Shown here piece after piece: positions 17,772 to 25,760 of a stretch of DNA of 43,250 nt; positions within the stretch are counted from its first letter, which is position 1, and each line of letters starts with the position of its first letter. A model generated the notes under the pieces. The model made no database searches and was not told where the DNA came from. It worked only from the letters and a program-made list of their open reading frames with translations. Source of the DNA: a virus; UHGV virus genome UHGV-0197604; one strand, given 5' to 3'. The position numbers and the translations under genes were made by a program.

Positions 17772-18821
17772 TTAAGCTGCTGGATTAGTAGCTTCTCCTG
17801 CTGGTTTCTCAGCTTTTAATTTTGTTATAACTCTAGCTATTGGAATTTGGTTAAGTGGGAATGTTCCATCTTCATTTTTAACAACTTCCCAGTTAGTGCC
17901 TTTCTTTAATTCTTCATCAGTTGGTGATAAAGAAGCCATAGAAGCCTCAGTAAAAGAGATTCCTCTTGGTGCAAAACAGAATCTATCTCTTGTGTAAAGA
18001 GTATCTTCTCCACCATTTTTCATTGGATTTCTGTCAGTTTCATAAGGAACTTTAGCACCTGCTTTTGTATATTCAAAGGCACCTTGACCAAATATATAAG
18101 TTGTATATTCTCCCTCTTTGCTTACTGGTAGGGAGTCATCAATAATGATTGGTCTACCGTTAAGGTTTGCCAAAGCAAGTGGTCTTTCTATTCCTCTAGC
18201 GTCGGTGTATTTTGAATATTGAATTAAATTTAAGTTTTCTAATTGAGTTGCAACGGCAGAATTTATAATAGCAGCTGCAAAGTTTTTCTTTCTTGCTCCA
18301 AAGGCTTTTTGTAGGGCGTTGTTTAGTGTCACTTGACCGAATACATCATCTTTGTATGTGTGGCTATCTACAAACTTCTTGTCTTCTGCTTTAGACATAG
18401 AGAAGATACCTTCAAGAATTGCAAGAAGTGAATCCTGTTTAAGGTCTTTCCACCAATCAAGAAGTTGATTAGCAACAGTTCTCATTGGATCATGTCCACC
18501 TGTAATATCAAATACAAAGTCTTTTTCAGTCCAGCTGTGAGCTCTACCAATTACAACTCTTTTTTGATAAAAAGTATTTGTGGAATCAGACTTAATATCT
18601 GTTTGTCCATCGTAATTGTCAGCATCTCCAGAAAGAATTCCAGCAATTGGAGTAACAATAATATTTCCCCCAACTTGTTCGTCCATTCTAGTTTTTAAAT
18701 CTGCTCTTTCTACAATCGCAGATGAATTAAGTAGTTCATTTGTTCTTTCTCTTTCGATTGTATCAACGTATTTTTCAAATACTTCTGCATTAAAATATGT
18801 CTTATCAAATAATTTAGGCAT
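17772..18821 (-). CDS. Major capsid protein
   Basis: 349 aa after the scaffold; FNAEVF...NYDGQTDI...GRAHSWTEKDF...GGEDTLYTR motifs of Firmicute phage coat proteins. Confidence 0.9.
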   Translation of the reverse strand: MPKLFDKTYFNAEVFEKYVDTIERERTNELLNSSAIVERADLKTRMDEQVGGNIIVTPIAGILSGDADNYDGQTDIKSDSTNTFYQKRVVIGRAHSWTEKDFVFDITGGHDPMRTVANQLLDWWKDLKQDSLLAILEGIFSMSKAEDKKFVDSHTYKDDVFGQVTLNNALQKAFGARKKNFAAAIINSAVATQLENLNLIQYSKYTDARGIERPLALANLNGRPIIIDDSLPVSKEGEYTTYIFGQGAFEYTKAGAKVPYETDRNPMKNGGEDTLYTRDRFCFAPRGISFTEASMASLSPTDEELKKGTNWEVVKNEDGTFPLNQIPIARVITKLKAEKPAGEATNPAA

Positions 18822-18831
18822 CTAAATCCTC

Positions 18832-19398
18832 CTATAAAATACCTTTCTTGTTAGCTTCAAGCATTTCTTCGTAAGTCATATCTTTTAGTTCCTTTTCTCC
18901 TAAAGATCCAGACTTGCCCATGCTTCTTTGCTTTGGTTCTTCTTGTCCTTTAAATAGGTAAGAATCAGATTCTTTTAGTCCTTCAATTTGTGCCTTTAAA
19001 TCATCATTTAAGTTTTTAGAATCCTTTAAACTATCAATATCAAGTAAAGCCTTAGCTGCCTTTAAGTTTCTACTTCCAGCATTAACCAAACCTAAATCAA
19101 TAGCATTATTTAAAGTTATATTGTCCATATCTTCTTTTGCCTTTATTTGTGCCTGTTCATACTTGTTTTTGTATTCCTCAGCACTTGCCTTAATTGATTC
19201 AATATCCATATCTTTAAAGGCTTCTATTTGCTCATTTGCACTTGCTACTTGGGACTTGTAGTTTTCGTTTTCAGTTTTTAAAGTTTCAAAGTTATTTTTA
19301 AGCTCATTATAATCTTCAACTTCTTTTCCTCTTAACTTAAAAACTGCCGCTATCTGTTCGTCATTTAAACCTATTTCTTTTAACTCTTCTGTCTTCAT
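18832..19398 (-). CDS. Capsid scaffolding protein (Phage_GP20-like)
   Basis: MKTEELKEIGLNDEQI start, coiled coil, KAAKALLD...LKESDSYLF. Confidence 0.88.
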   Translation of the reverse strand: MKTEELKEIGLNDEQIAAVFKLRGKEVEDYNELKNNFETLKTENENYKSQVASANEQIEAFKDMDIESIKASAEEYKNKYEQAQIKAKEDMDNITLNNAIDLGLVNAGSRNLKAAKALLDIDSLKDSKNLNDDLKAQIEGLKESDSYLFKGQEEPKQRSMGKSGSLGEKELKDMTYEEMLEANKKGIL

Positions 19399-19413
19399 AA
19401 AACATCTCCTTTT

Positions 19414-19478
19414 AAGCTTTTTAAGTCGTTGCTTTGACTTAGATATGTGTTTTTTTGCATTTTAGGTCCGCCTTGACC
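19414..19478 (-). promoter_or_regulatory. Two tandem hairpin/H-type pseudoknot candidates in the scaffold gene leader
   Basis: Minus strand GGTC-AAGGCG-GACC-TAAAA-TGC and TAAGTC-AAAGCAAC-GACTTA-AAAA-GCTT, ending just before the RBS AAGGAG. Confidence 0.5.
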
Positions 19479-19479
19479 G

Positions 19480-19563
19480 TGGTGGGAAGAGTGGGATTCG
19501 AACCCACGAAAGCTAAGCTGACGGTTTTACAGACCGTTCCGTTTTCCACTTCGGTATCTTCCC
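19480..19563 (-). tRNA. tRNA-Tyr (GTA), type II variable arm, encoded CCA
   Basis: GGGAAGA/TCTTCCC acceptor stem, ACGGT-CTGTAAA-ACCGT anticodon arm, GTGGG-TTCGAAT-CCCAC T arm, discriminator A plus CCA. Confidence 0.95.
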
Positions 19564-19565
19564 AT

Positions 19566-19591
19566 AAAAAAAGACGGCTCATCACCGTCTT
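19566..19591 (-). terminator. Intrinsic terminator immediately upstream of tRNA-Tyr
   Basis: Minus strand AAGACGG-TGATGAG-CCGTC-TTTTTTT, ending 2 nt before the tRNA. Confidence 0.72.
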
Positions 19592-19842
19592 AAACCTTTA
19601 TTGACATTGTAGTATCTTTGCTTCTTATCAAGCTTCTTAAATTCTTCTTCTGTCAGTATCCTTTGCATTGCTATTTTATATTTCTTATTGTATGGATACT
19701 TATTGCTATCTATTAATCTTCTAACATTTTCAGCATCTTTTTTGTATAAAAAATGGGCGTGTTGCTCATAAGCACCGCCCTCCCTTATAAGTATCCACTT
19801 TCTTTTTGGTAGTTTTGGATAATATCTAATTGTTAATTTCAT
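19582..19842 (-). CDS. Basic hypothetical phage protein (86 aa)
   Basis: ORF with GAYEQHAHF and KQRYYNVNKG motifs; overlaps the upstream gene. Confidence 0.7.
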   Translation of the reverse strand: MKLTIRYYPKLPKRKWILIREGGAYEQHAHFLYKKDAENVRRLIDSNKYPYNKKYKIAMQRILTEEEFKKLDKKQRYYNVNKGLRR

Positions 19843-19993
19843 TTTTCATAACTATTGCAGCAGCTATAGATGAAATTAAAACTATAGCTAGAGATACTAA
19901 TACAGGGCTAAGTACAGCCCACCAAGACCAATCAATAAAGTTTGTTAGCTTTAAACTTATAAATAATACTTGTAATAGCCCGATAATTCTCAT
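19826..19993 (-). CDS. Small two-TM membrane protein (55 aa; start MRIIGLL at 19993)
   Basis: RBS AAGGAGG; LFISLKLTNFIDWSWWAVLSP motif common in phage membrane proteins. Confidence 0.75.
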   Translation of the reverse strand: MRIIGLLQVLFISLKLTNFIDWSWWAVLSPVLVSLAIVLISSIAAAIVMKNEINN

Positions 19994-20016
19994 ATCCCCT
20001 CCTTTTTTACGACAAC

Positions 20017-20049
20017 AAAAAAGCACACCTAACAATCGCTAGTGTGCTT
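20017..20049 (-). terminator. Intrinsic terminator after the toxin-immunity pair
   Basis: Minus strand AAGCACAC...GTGTGCTT-TTTT. Confidence 0.7.
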
Positions 20050-20263
20050 AGTCTAATATTTCTATTTTAATAATATCTAGTGTATTGATATCGTAATATC
20101 TTTCTGGAGTTTCTAGACTTATACTTTCTATTTCAGGGTCATTATCTCCTGGTTTTGTATACAAGGTAAATTTGCCAATAAAACATTCTTTATTTTGTGT
20201 TAATACTTTTATATTTTTATCATAGTATTTTTTTAGATTATCAAAACCTTCATATACTTTCAT
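20048..20263 (-). CDS. Putative immunity protein for the MuF toxin (71 aa)
   Basis: ATGA overlap with the toxin stop; small beta-rich protein (KNIKVLT...FIGKF...DND...SISL...DIIKIEIL). Confidence 0.68.
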   Translation of the reverse strand: MKVYEGFDNLKKYYDKNIKVLTQNKECFIGKFTLYTKPGDNDPEIESISLETPERYYDINTLDIIKIEILD

Positions 20264-21864
20264 TTTCTAAGCTCCTTAAATATTCTTAGTGTTGGGACCA
20301 TATGGTAACCGTTTTTCGAATAATGAATTATGGCTTTATTGGTTTCGATTATGCTATCTGTAGCTTCATCGTAAATAAATCCTGCTAATCTTGTATCCTC
20401 AATTAATTCAGTCAATTGAGATTTATCTCTTCTAATAAATTCTCCACTGCCCCTGTTTTCTTTATAGACTAATTCTATTTCTTCAATAGTATTTTTAAAT
20501 TGAGACTTCTTTTTGATGTTTTCCATATTATTTAAATGGTTCTCTTGTTTTCCGACTTTTAATTTATCAAAGTCTTTATTCTCTTTTATATATTTTCTAA
20601 GAGGCCTATCTTTTAAGTATATATCTAAATTCTTTTTATCAGACCCTAGATTATAAATAGTGTTTGCTTTCTTTTGTGCTTTTTTAGTAGCCCAAACTTC
20701 CTTGCTTGCCTTACTTCTATTATACCCATAAAAGTGAGTATTTACACTTGTAGGTCGAAGTTTGCCAGCCTTATTAAAGTCTTTATATAACTGCCTTTGC
20801 CTTTGTAGTCTTACCTGTGCAATAAGCTTGCTTTCATCATCTCCTACCTTGTCATACATCATAACCCTATGCTTGTATTTTCTAATAGTTCTTTCTATCT
20901 GTCTTTGTTTTTGGGTTGCTTCGTAGAATGTATATTCTTTTCCATCAAACTCGAAAGGCTCGGGATCTATATCTTCTAGCATTTCTTTTGTCCATGCTCT
21001 TTCAGATATTCCCTCAAAGAATGGATACCAGTTGTGTCTGCAATTTGCACCCATAAATCCAGTTACTTCTCCGTAGCCTATATCGTCTAAGCTTAAATAT
21101 TTATCATTATCTCCAGATAAAGAAACAATTTGTCCTTGCCATTCGGCGTGAGATGGTCTAGCTCCAGCGTGGGCTGATATTTCCATTAAATCTTGTCCCA
21201 TATCCTCTGCATTCATCAAAGATATATCACCAGTCATTTGGTTTAGCGTAGTTCTTACAAGCATCTTTGATGCTGATTCTACTGTATAATTTCTTCCTGA
21301 GTTTTGATAGTTAATTACTCTTATACCAGAATCAGATAGATTATTTACTAAATTTCTAACAACTTGTTGCCTAGAAAAAGCCCCACTTGCAACTTGAAAA
21401 GCTGCTTGATTGAGAGACTTCTTATAAAAATCATTTAATTTTATATTCTCGCCATTATAAACTACTCCAAGAGATTTTGTTATATTTCCATTTCCCTCTA
21501 TAAGTCTATCCATAGCACTAGCTATCGTATTGTTTACATGATTGTTTTTACTTAAATCAACCAAGCTTTTATTAACAGACCTGTATGCTTTCATTTCATC
21601 TTCATAATGTTTTAGGCTAGACCTATTGATTATGTCGTGAATTTCTTCGTCTATATCATCTAAATATGGATTTAAAAGACTTCCTATTTCCTCACTTGTA
21701 TATCCGCTTTGAATTAATACCTCCGCTTGCCTTTCAGCAGTAGCAGTTAAATATCCGTTCTTATTTATCCTTTTTGCTATATCTTCAAGTATGGCATCTT
21801 CTAAGTCTTGGTATAGCTCTATTAGATTATCAGTTACCCTTTCCATATATTCTGGACTTAGCAT
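20260..21864 (-). CDS. Minor capsid/MuF-type protein (Phage_min_cap2) with C-terminal Ntox50-like RNase toxin domain
   Basis: ISAHAGARPSHAEWQG and GANCRH motifs; C-terminal extension KQENH...GSG...E.I...G...ETNKAIIHYSKNGYHMVP; follows the portal. Confidence 0.85.
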   Translation of the reverse strand: MLSPEYMERVTDNLIELYQDLEDAILEDIAKRINKNGYLTATAERQAEVLIQSGYTSEEIGSLLNPYLDDIDEEIHDIINRSSLKHYEDEMKAYRSVNKSLVDLSKNNHVNNTIASAMDRLIEGNGNITKSLGVVYNGENIKLNDFYKKSLNQAAFQVASGAFSRQQVVRNLVNNLSDSGIRVINYQNSGRNYTVESASKMLVRTTLNQMTGDISLMNAEDMGQDLMEISAHAGARPSHAEWQGQIVSLSGDNDKYLSLDDIGYGEVTGFMGANCRHNWYPFFEGISERAWTKEMLEDIDPEPFEFDGKEYTFYEATQKQRQIERTIRKYKHRVMMYDKVGDDESKLIAQVRLQRQRQLYKDFNKAGKLRPTSVNTHFYGYNRSKASKEVWATKKAQKKANTIYNLGSDKKNLDIYLKDRPLRKYIKENKDFDKLKVGKQENHLNNMENIKKKSQFKNTIEEIELVYKENRGSGEFIRRDKSQLTELIEDTRLAGFIYDEATDSIIETNKAIIHYSKNGYHMVPTLRIFKELRK

Positions 21865-23219
21865 TATTCTTCCTCGGCTACATCTTCTCTATTTTCAGAA
21901 ATATTTGCCTGAATTTCTCCTAACTCGTCATCAGTTACACCATATCGCCATTTTAGATAAGCTTCAGGTTTAAGAATTCCTGCAGCCACTTCTTGAAGTC
22001 TTATCTTCTGTTCAGTTTCAGAATCAACTACAAGACTATCGTCAAAGTCAAAGGACACTTGGCAATCTTCGGCGTATGGGATTGCTAATTCTTTGTACCA
22101 ATATTTTAATATATCAACAAAATCTTCAAGACACCTCGCCAATTCATTTTGAATATCTTTTACAGTCGAATATGATCTTTGCTGACTTGTATTAATTTCA
22201 GTTGCAGTTTTTGCAGTAAATTCTACGTCAGATAAAGTCCCGTAAGCTAGTCCACAAATAAATTCAATCTTTCTTATTATTCCATTTAAACCATTAAAAA
22301 GAGATGAATCTCTAATTGCAGGACTAAACACATTATAAAAGTCCTTGTTACCTGAACCCATATCTAGACCTAAGTTTCTAAATAATCTTTCTTTTCCAAC
22401 TGGTAGTGTGTCAGTATTCTTTAAGGCGGTTATATCTGCATCTATTGCAAGCTCACTTCCCTCATACTCCCACATTATCCTTTGATATTGCTCGTCTGCA
22501 TCTTGGATTAATGATATAGCCCTAGCAAAGCAAGATATACCCTCGTTAGAATCTAAATCTAAATTATTAGCCTGTGGATTTTTGAAATATGAAAACAAAG
22601 GTCTATCCGATTCTACAATCATTTCATCTGCCATATCTGCCCATTCGTCTATTAGGTTCAAATTTACTTTGTCGCCTAAAGTTTGAGCATTATTAGACAT
22701 ATAAGCAGTATTACTTATCACGTATTTATCGCTTATATCGTGTTCTTCTAGCCTTGTAAAATATATATCTTTATCTTTCTTATCCTTTTTCTTGATCCTG
22801 TCTATAAAAACAATATGATTAATATCTCCAAAACTTGTAAAACCTAATATTATAAACTTATTAGCAGGCACTATATCAATATCAATAAGCTTTCTTGAAT
22901 AGTCCTCTACATAAGGTTTTATAACTATCCCACCTAAGGCTAATCCATATTCAGTAAACTTTCTAATATGTCTTATAAATCTTTGATAAATCAAATCTAT
23001 ATTTTCATCATCAACTTTTGTTTCAAGTTCCATTGTTACAAGTCTTGCAAGCTCACTTGATATAGCTGCACACAAATTTAAAGATTGGGACTTAGCAATA
23101 TCATAATAATTTTTTAACCAATAAGGCTCGCCGTGATAGCAATCAAGCCAAATCTTATAATTATTGTCAATGTTATTAGAAAGACTACCCAGCCTTTCTC
23201 TAATTTCTCTATCTAACAT
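21864..23219 (-). CDS. Portal protein (SPP1 gp6/A118-like)
   Basis: 451 aa after TerL; SELARLV, GLALGG..IKPY, IEFICGLAYGTLS, KTATEI motifs. Confidence 0.92.
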   Translation of the reverse strand: MLDREIRERLGSLSNNIDNNYKIWLDCYHGEPYWLKNYYDIAKSQSLNLCAAISSELARLVTMELETKVDDENIDLIYQRFIRHIRKFTEYGLALGGIVIKPYVEDYSRKLIDIDIVPANKFIILGFTSFGDINHIVFIDRIKKKDKKDKDIYFTRLEEHDISDKYVISNTAYMSNNAQTLGDKVNLNLIDEWADMADEMIVESDRPLFSYFKNPQANNLDLDSNEGISCFARAISLIQDADEQYQRIMWEYEGSELAIDADITALKNTDTLPVGKERLFRNLGLDMGSGNKDFYNVFSPAIRDSSLFNGLNGIIRKIEFICGLAYGTLSDVEFTAKTATEINTSQQRSYSTVKDIQNELARCLEDFVDILKYWYKELAIPYAEDCQVSFDFDDSLVVDSETEQKIRLQEVAAGILKPEAYLKWRYGVTDDELGEIQANISENREDVAEEE

Positions 23220-23227
23220 ATAAACTC

Positions 23228-24547
23228 CTATGTATTCATCAACACTTTTATAAATTTCTCAATAGAATATTCAAAGGCATCAAGTGTATCTATATCACTT
23301 GTACCATCATCAAGTCTTATATCTTCCATTTCCTCTTCCTTCCATACTGCAGTAGATAAAGCATCTACTAAGCTTTCACAATCTTTAGTATAAAAAAATC
23401 TATCAGAAGCAATCAAAGTATTGACAAGCCTTATCCTGTCATTAATTGGGTTCTTGATAGAATTCTTAATCTTTATATTCAAATTGGCATCTAATAGAGC
23501 TTTTTGCATACCCTTTATTAGCACTTGTTCAGCACTATCAGCATAAATAAGGTCAACATTACCATAAGTAGATTGGATAACTCTTACAAAATCTATTAAT
23601 TGATTGTATAAATCTGTAGGTTTATCAGGTTCTAATCTCTCAGACCTTAACGCATATACCTTTTTAAATCCTCGACTTATACCACAACAAACAAAAGCGT
23701 GCTTTGAATTATTACCACCAAAGTCCACTCCGATTTGTATCATTTGTAGCTCGTGAGGCTTTTCCTCAATTAAATAATCATCAGGACAATCAGCAAACTG
23801 CTTATAAATAAGCCCCTCTGCCACTACCCTAAGACCAAGTATATCTCTCTTATACCATACAGAATTAGGGTCGTACTGGAGTTTTATCTCTTTCTTTCTT
23901 TGGTCGGAAATATTGATATTATCATCAATAGTGAAGTGCTTATAATTATATCCACCAAAATCTATTCCCTCATTAATCATATTCTGGTACTTATCTATGT
24001 GATCAGAATAAATAAAATGATTAGGACTTGAAGGGTTCAAATCCCAAAAGAACTTTCTTCTTTTAGCGGCTGCAGTTCTGTTGAAAGCTTCCTTGATTGA
24101 GTCTTTATGGTGTAGGTTTATTTCTGTGGCAATCCACATTCCAAACGAATTACCACGTATCTTTTTATATGAATCAGCCTTGGCAGTACCAGCAAAAATC
24201 ACTATTCTTTCACGAAATTTAGTATAAGGACCTTTAATAATTAAAGCTTCGTTTCCTTTATGTTTTCCCCATCTACATTGACCACGAAAAATATATTCAA
24301 GACCAAAACCATTGGCATCTCCAATATTTAACTTGGCATTTGCAGCGGTAGAACCAGTAGCTAGATGAATCCTGTCCCTTGTAGTTTTCAACTCGTGAGC
24401 AAAAGCATAAATATTATCAACAGTTTTACCTGCCCTTACTGCACCTTCTGCGATATTATAGGTATTATCAGCACACTTTCTTATATAATCAATATGTTTA
24501 TCAGAAAAGTTGAAAGGAATTGTTTTTCTTTTCTTAATCTTTTCCAT
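23228..24547 (-). CDS. terL: Terminase large subunit (PBSX-like)
   Basis: Walker A AEGAVRAGKT, DLNP coupling motif, GVDFG nuclease motif, DTLDAFEY. Confidence 0.95.
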   Translation of the reverse strand: MEKIKKRKTIPFNFSDKHIDYIRKCADNTYNIAEGAVRAGKTVDNIYAFAHELKTTRDRIHLATGSTAANAKLNIGDANGFGLEYIFRGQCRWGKHKGNEALIIKGPYTKFRERIVIFAGTAKADSYKKIRGNSFGMWIATEINLHHKDSIKEAFNRTAAAKRRKFFWDLNPSSPNHFIYSDHIDKYQNMINEGIDFGGYNYKHFTIDDNINISDQRKKEIKLQYDPNSVWYKRDILGLRVVAEGLIYKQFADCPDDYLIEEKPHELQMIQIGVDFGGNNSKHAFVCCGISRGFKKVYALRSERLEPDKPTDLYNQLIDFVRVIQSTYGNVDLIYADSAEQVLIKGMQKALLDANLNIKIKNSIKNPINDRIRLVNTLIASDRFFYTKDCESLVDALSTAVWKEEEMEDIRLDDGTSDIDTLDAFEYSIEKFIKVLMNT

Positions 24548-25031
24548 AAATCATACCATCTATATCGTCTAAGTCTTCAACTTCTTCTGATATACCTTTC
24601 ATTATTTCAATTTCTGTCTTAGTCTTATGGATTTGAGTTTCTTGTTTTTTAATTTCTAGATCCGATGTATTAAGTCCAAATCGTCTCATAAGAAGTTCAG
24701 CTGCTTTTAGCCTATCTTTGTTCTGAACCTTTACTTGCCCCAAGGCTTCTCCTCCAAACTCAGTCTTATAATAAACTTCATCGTGGGTTTCTCCTCTTAA
24801 AACCGATGTTAAGTATTGCAGGACCTCTTTTGATTCAGCAATACTTTCTTCTTCTAACTTTGATAACTTTTTATCAATATAAGCTTTTACACTTGGTTTT
24901 TCTAGGAGTTTATAAGCATCTGATTTGGCATAAGCCTTACTATAACCCGCATTTATAGCTGATTGATATACATTGCCAAGTTTGATGTACTCATCAGCAA
25001 ACTTTTTCCATTGTATTCTCAATTTCTTCAA
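24534..25031 (-). CDS. terS: Terminase small subunit (TTG start)
   Basis: FADEYIKLGN..QSAINAGYS...LL.KP.VKAYI...EVLQYLTSVLRGE...DRLKAAELL; RBS GAGGTG. Confidence 0.93.
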   Translation of the reverse strand: MKKLRIQWKKFADEYIKLGNVYQSAINAGYSKAYAKSDAYKLLEKPSVKAYIDKKLSKLEEESIAESKEVLQYLTSVLRGETHDEVYYKTEFGGEALGQVKVQNKDRLKAAELLMRRFGLNTSDLEIKKQETQIHKTKTEIEIMKGISEEVEDLDDIDGMIYGKD

Positions 25032-25106
25032 AGTACATCACCTCTTTTCTAAACACTGAATAATTTATTTGTTTAATTTATAAATTTATGTATAATATTC
25101 TTACAA

Positions 25107-25125
25107 CTTTCTAGATTCTAGAAAG
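25107..25125 (+). promoter_or_regulatory. RBS-occluding hairpin upstream of the small toxin ORF (TATAAT at 25091-25096)
   Basis: Perfect inverted repeat CTTTCTAGA-T-TCTAGAAAG overlapping the 5' part of the SD AGAAAGGAG. Confidence 0.65.
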
Positions 25126-25135
25126 GAGTACTTTA

Positions 25136-25210
25136 ATGACGTTTTATGAAACATTAACGCTTATTATAGCTATCTTGTCTCTAATCGTAGAGATAAAACA
25201 TAAAAAATAA
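25136..25210 (+). CDS. Putative holin-like type I toxin peptide MTFYETLTLIIAILSLIVEIKHKK (24 aa), not in the ORF track
   Basis: Strong SD GAAAGGAG, single TM helix, MTxYE start and basic HKK tail typical of Hol_Tox-type peptides. Confidence 0.75.
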   Translation: MTFYETLTLIIAILSLIVEIKHKK

Positions 25211-25306
25211 CACTTAATTAACAAACTACATTCAATAAGTCTTAGAATATACACCTCGCAAGGTGCTAGAACAACCACATATAAAATAGAATTATATGAG
25301 TTGTAC

Positions 25307-25335
25307 TTGTTGAATTTTATGTTGTGGTATATAAT
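25307..25335 (+). promoter_or_regulatory. Promoter for the structured ncRNA
   Basis: TTGTTG(25307-25312)-N17-TATAAT(25330-25335). Confidence 0.6.
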
Positions 25336-25340
25336 GTAAG

Positions 25341-25487
25341 TGTAAAAAGTCATTAGGTACAAATTACTTGGCATACTATAGCGTAATGTATGCTAGCTTG
25401 TTAGATAAGAAAGATTATATCTTTCGTGCGAATCGGAATTTATCTGACAAGTTAAAAAAAGAGGGAGTGGTTGCCCTCTTTTTTTTT
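25341..25487 (+). ncRNA. Structured ~145-nt ncRNA with own terminator; possibly skipping-rope/DUF3800-associated class
   Basis: Stems 25368-76/25388-96, 25397-408/25440-51 and 25409-25, with G-U pairs favouring the + strand; no + ORF. The family name rests on remembered resemblance only. Confidence 0.6.
25454..25487. terminator. Bidirectional intrinsic terminator
   Basis: AAAAAAAGAGGG-AGTGGTTG-CCCTCTTTTTTTTT. Confidence 0.85.
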
Positions 25488-25617
25488 ACTCAAATTTAAT
25501 TAAATCCATCAACTAGGCTGCCAAAAACAAATGAAAGATAATTTACACGCACTTTTTAAAACAATAATATAATAATTTTAGGAGAAAAATTTGGCAGCTT
25601 AGTTCATAAATTTATAT

Positions 25618-25643
25618 AAAAAAAGACAGGTTTTCACCTGCCT
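25618..25643 (-). terminator. Promoter-proximal terminator in the late leader
   Basis: Minus strand AGGCAGGT-GAAA-ACCTGTC-TTTTTTT about 55 nt after the predicted late start site. Confidence 0.75.
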
Positions 25644-25704
25644 AAAATGTTAACTTTACAACTCCATAGCCGTTTTGATAACGACTTATATTTTAACACT
25701 TAAT

Positions 25705-25748
25705 ATTATATCATCTAAAGATAAGATTTTCATTCACTTTTCGTTCAC
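25705..25748 (-). promoter_or_regulatory. Late promoter: extended -10 TGATATAAT with tandem 11-bp activator repeats GTGAA(C/T)GAAAA in place of a -35
   Basis: ATTATATCA at 25705-25713; TTTTCATTCAC 25727-25737 and TTTTCGTTCAC 25738-25748; directly after the ArpU/RinA-type gene. Confidence 0.75.
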
Positions 25749-25760
25749 CATAAAACATAA

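Noticed and set aside
25144..25374. 76-aa minus-strand ORF in the late leader
   Set aside because: No convincing RBS or protein character; the region is better explained by the + strand peptide, promoter and ncRNA.
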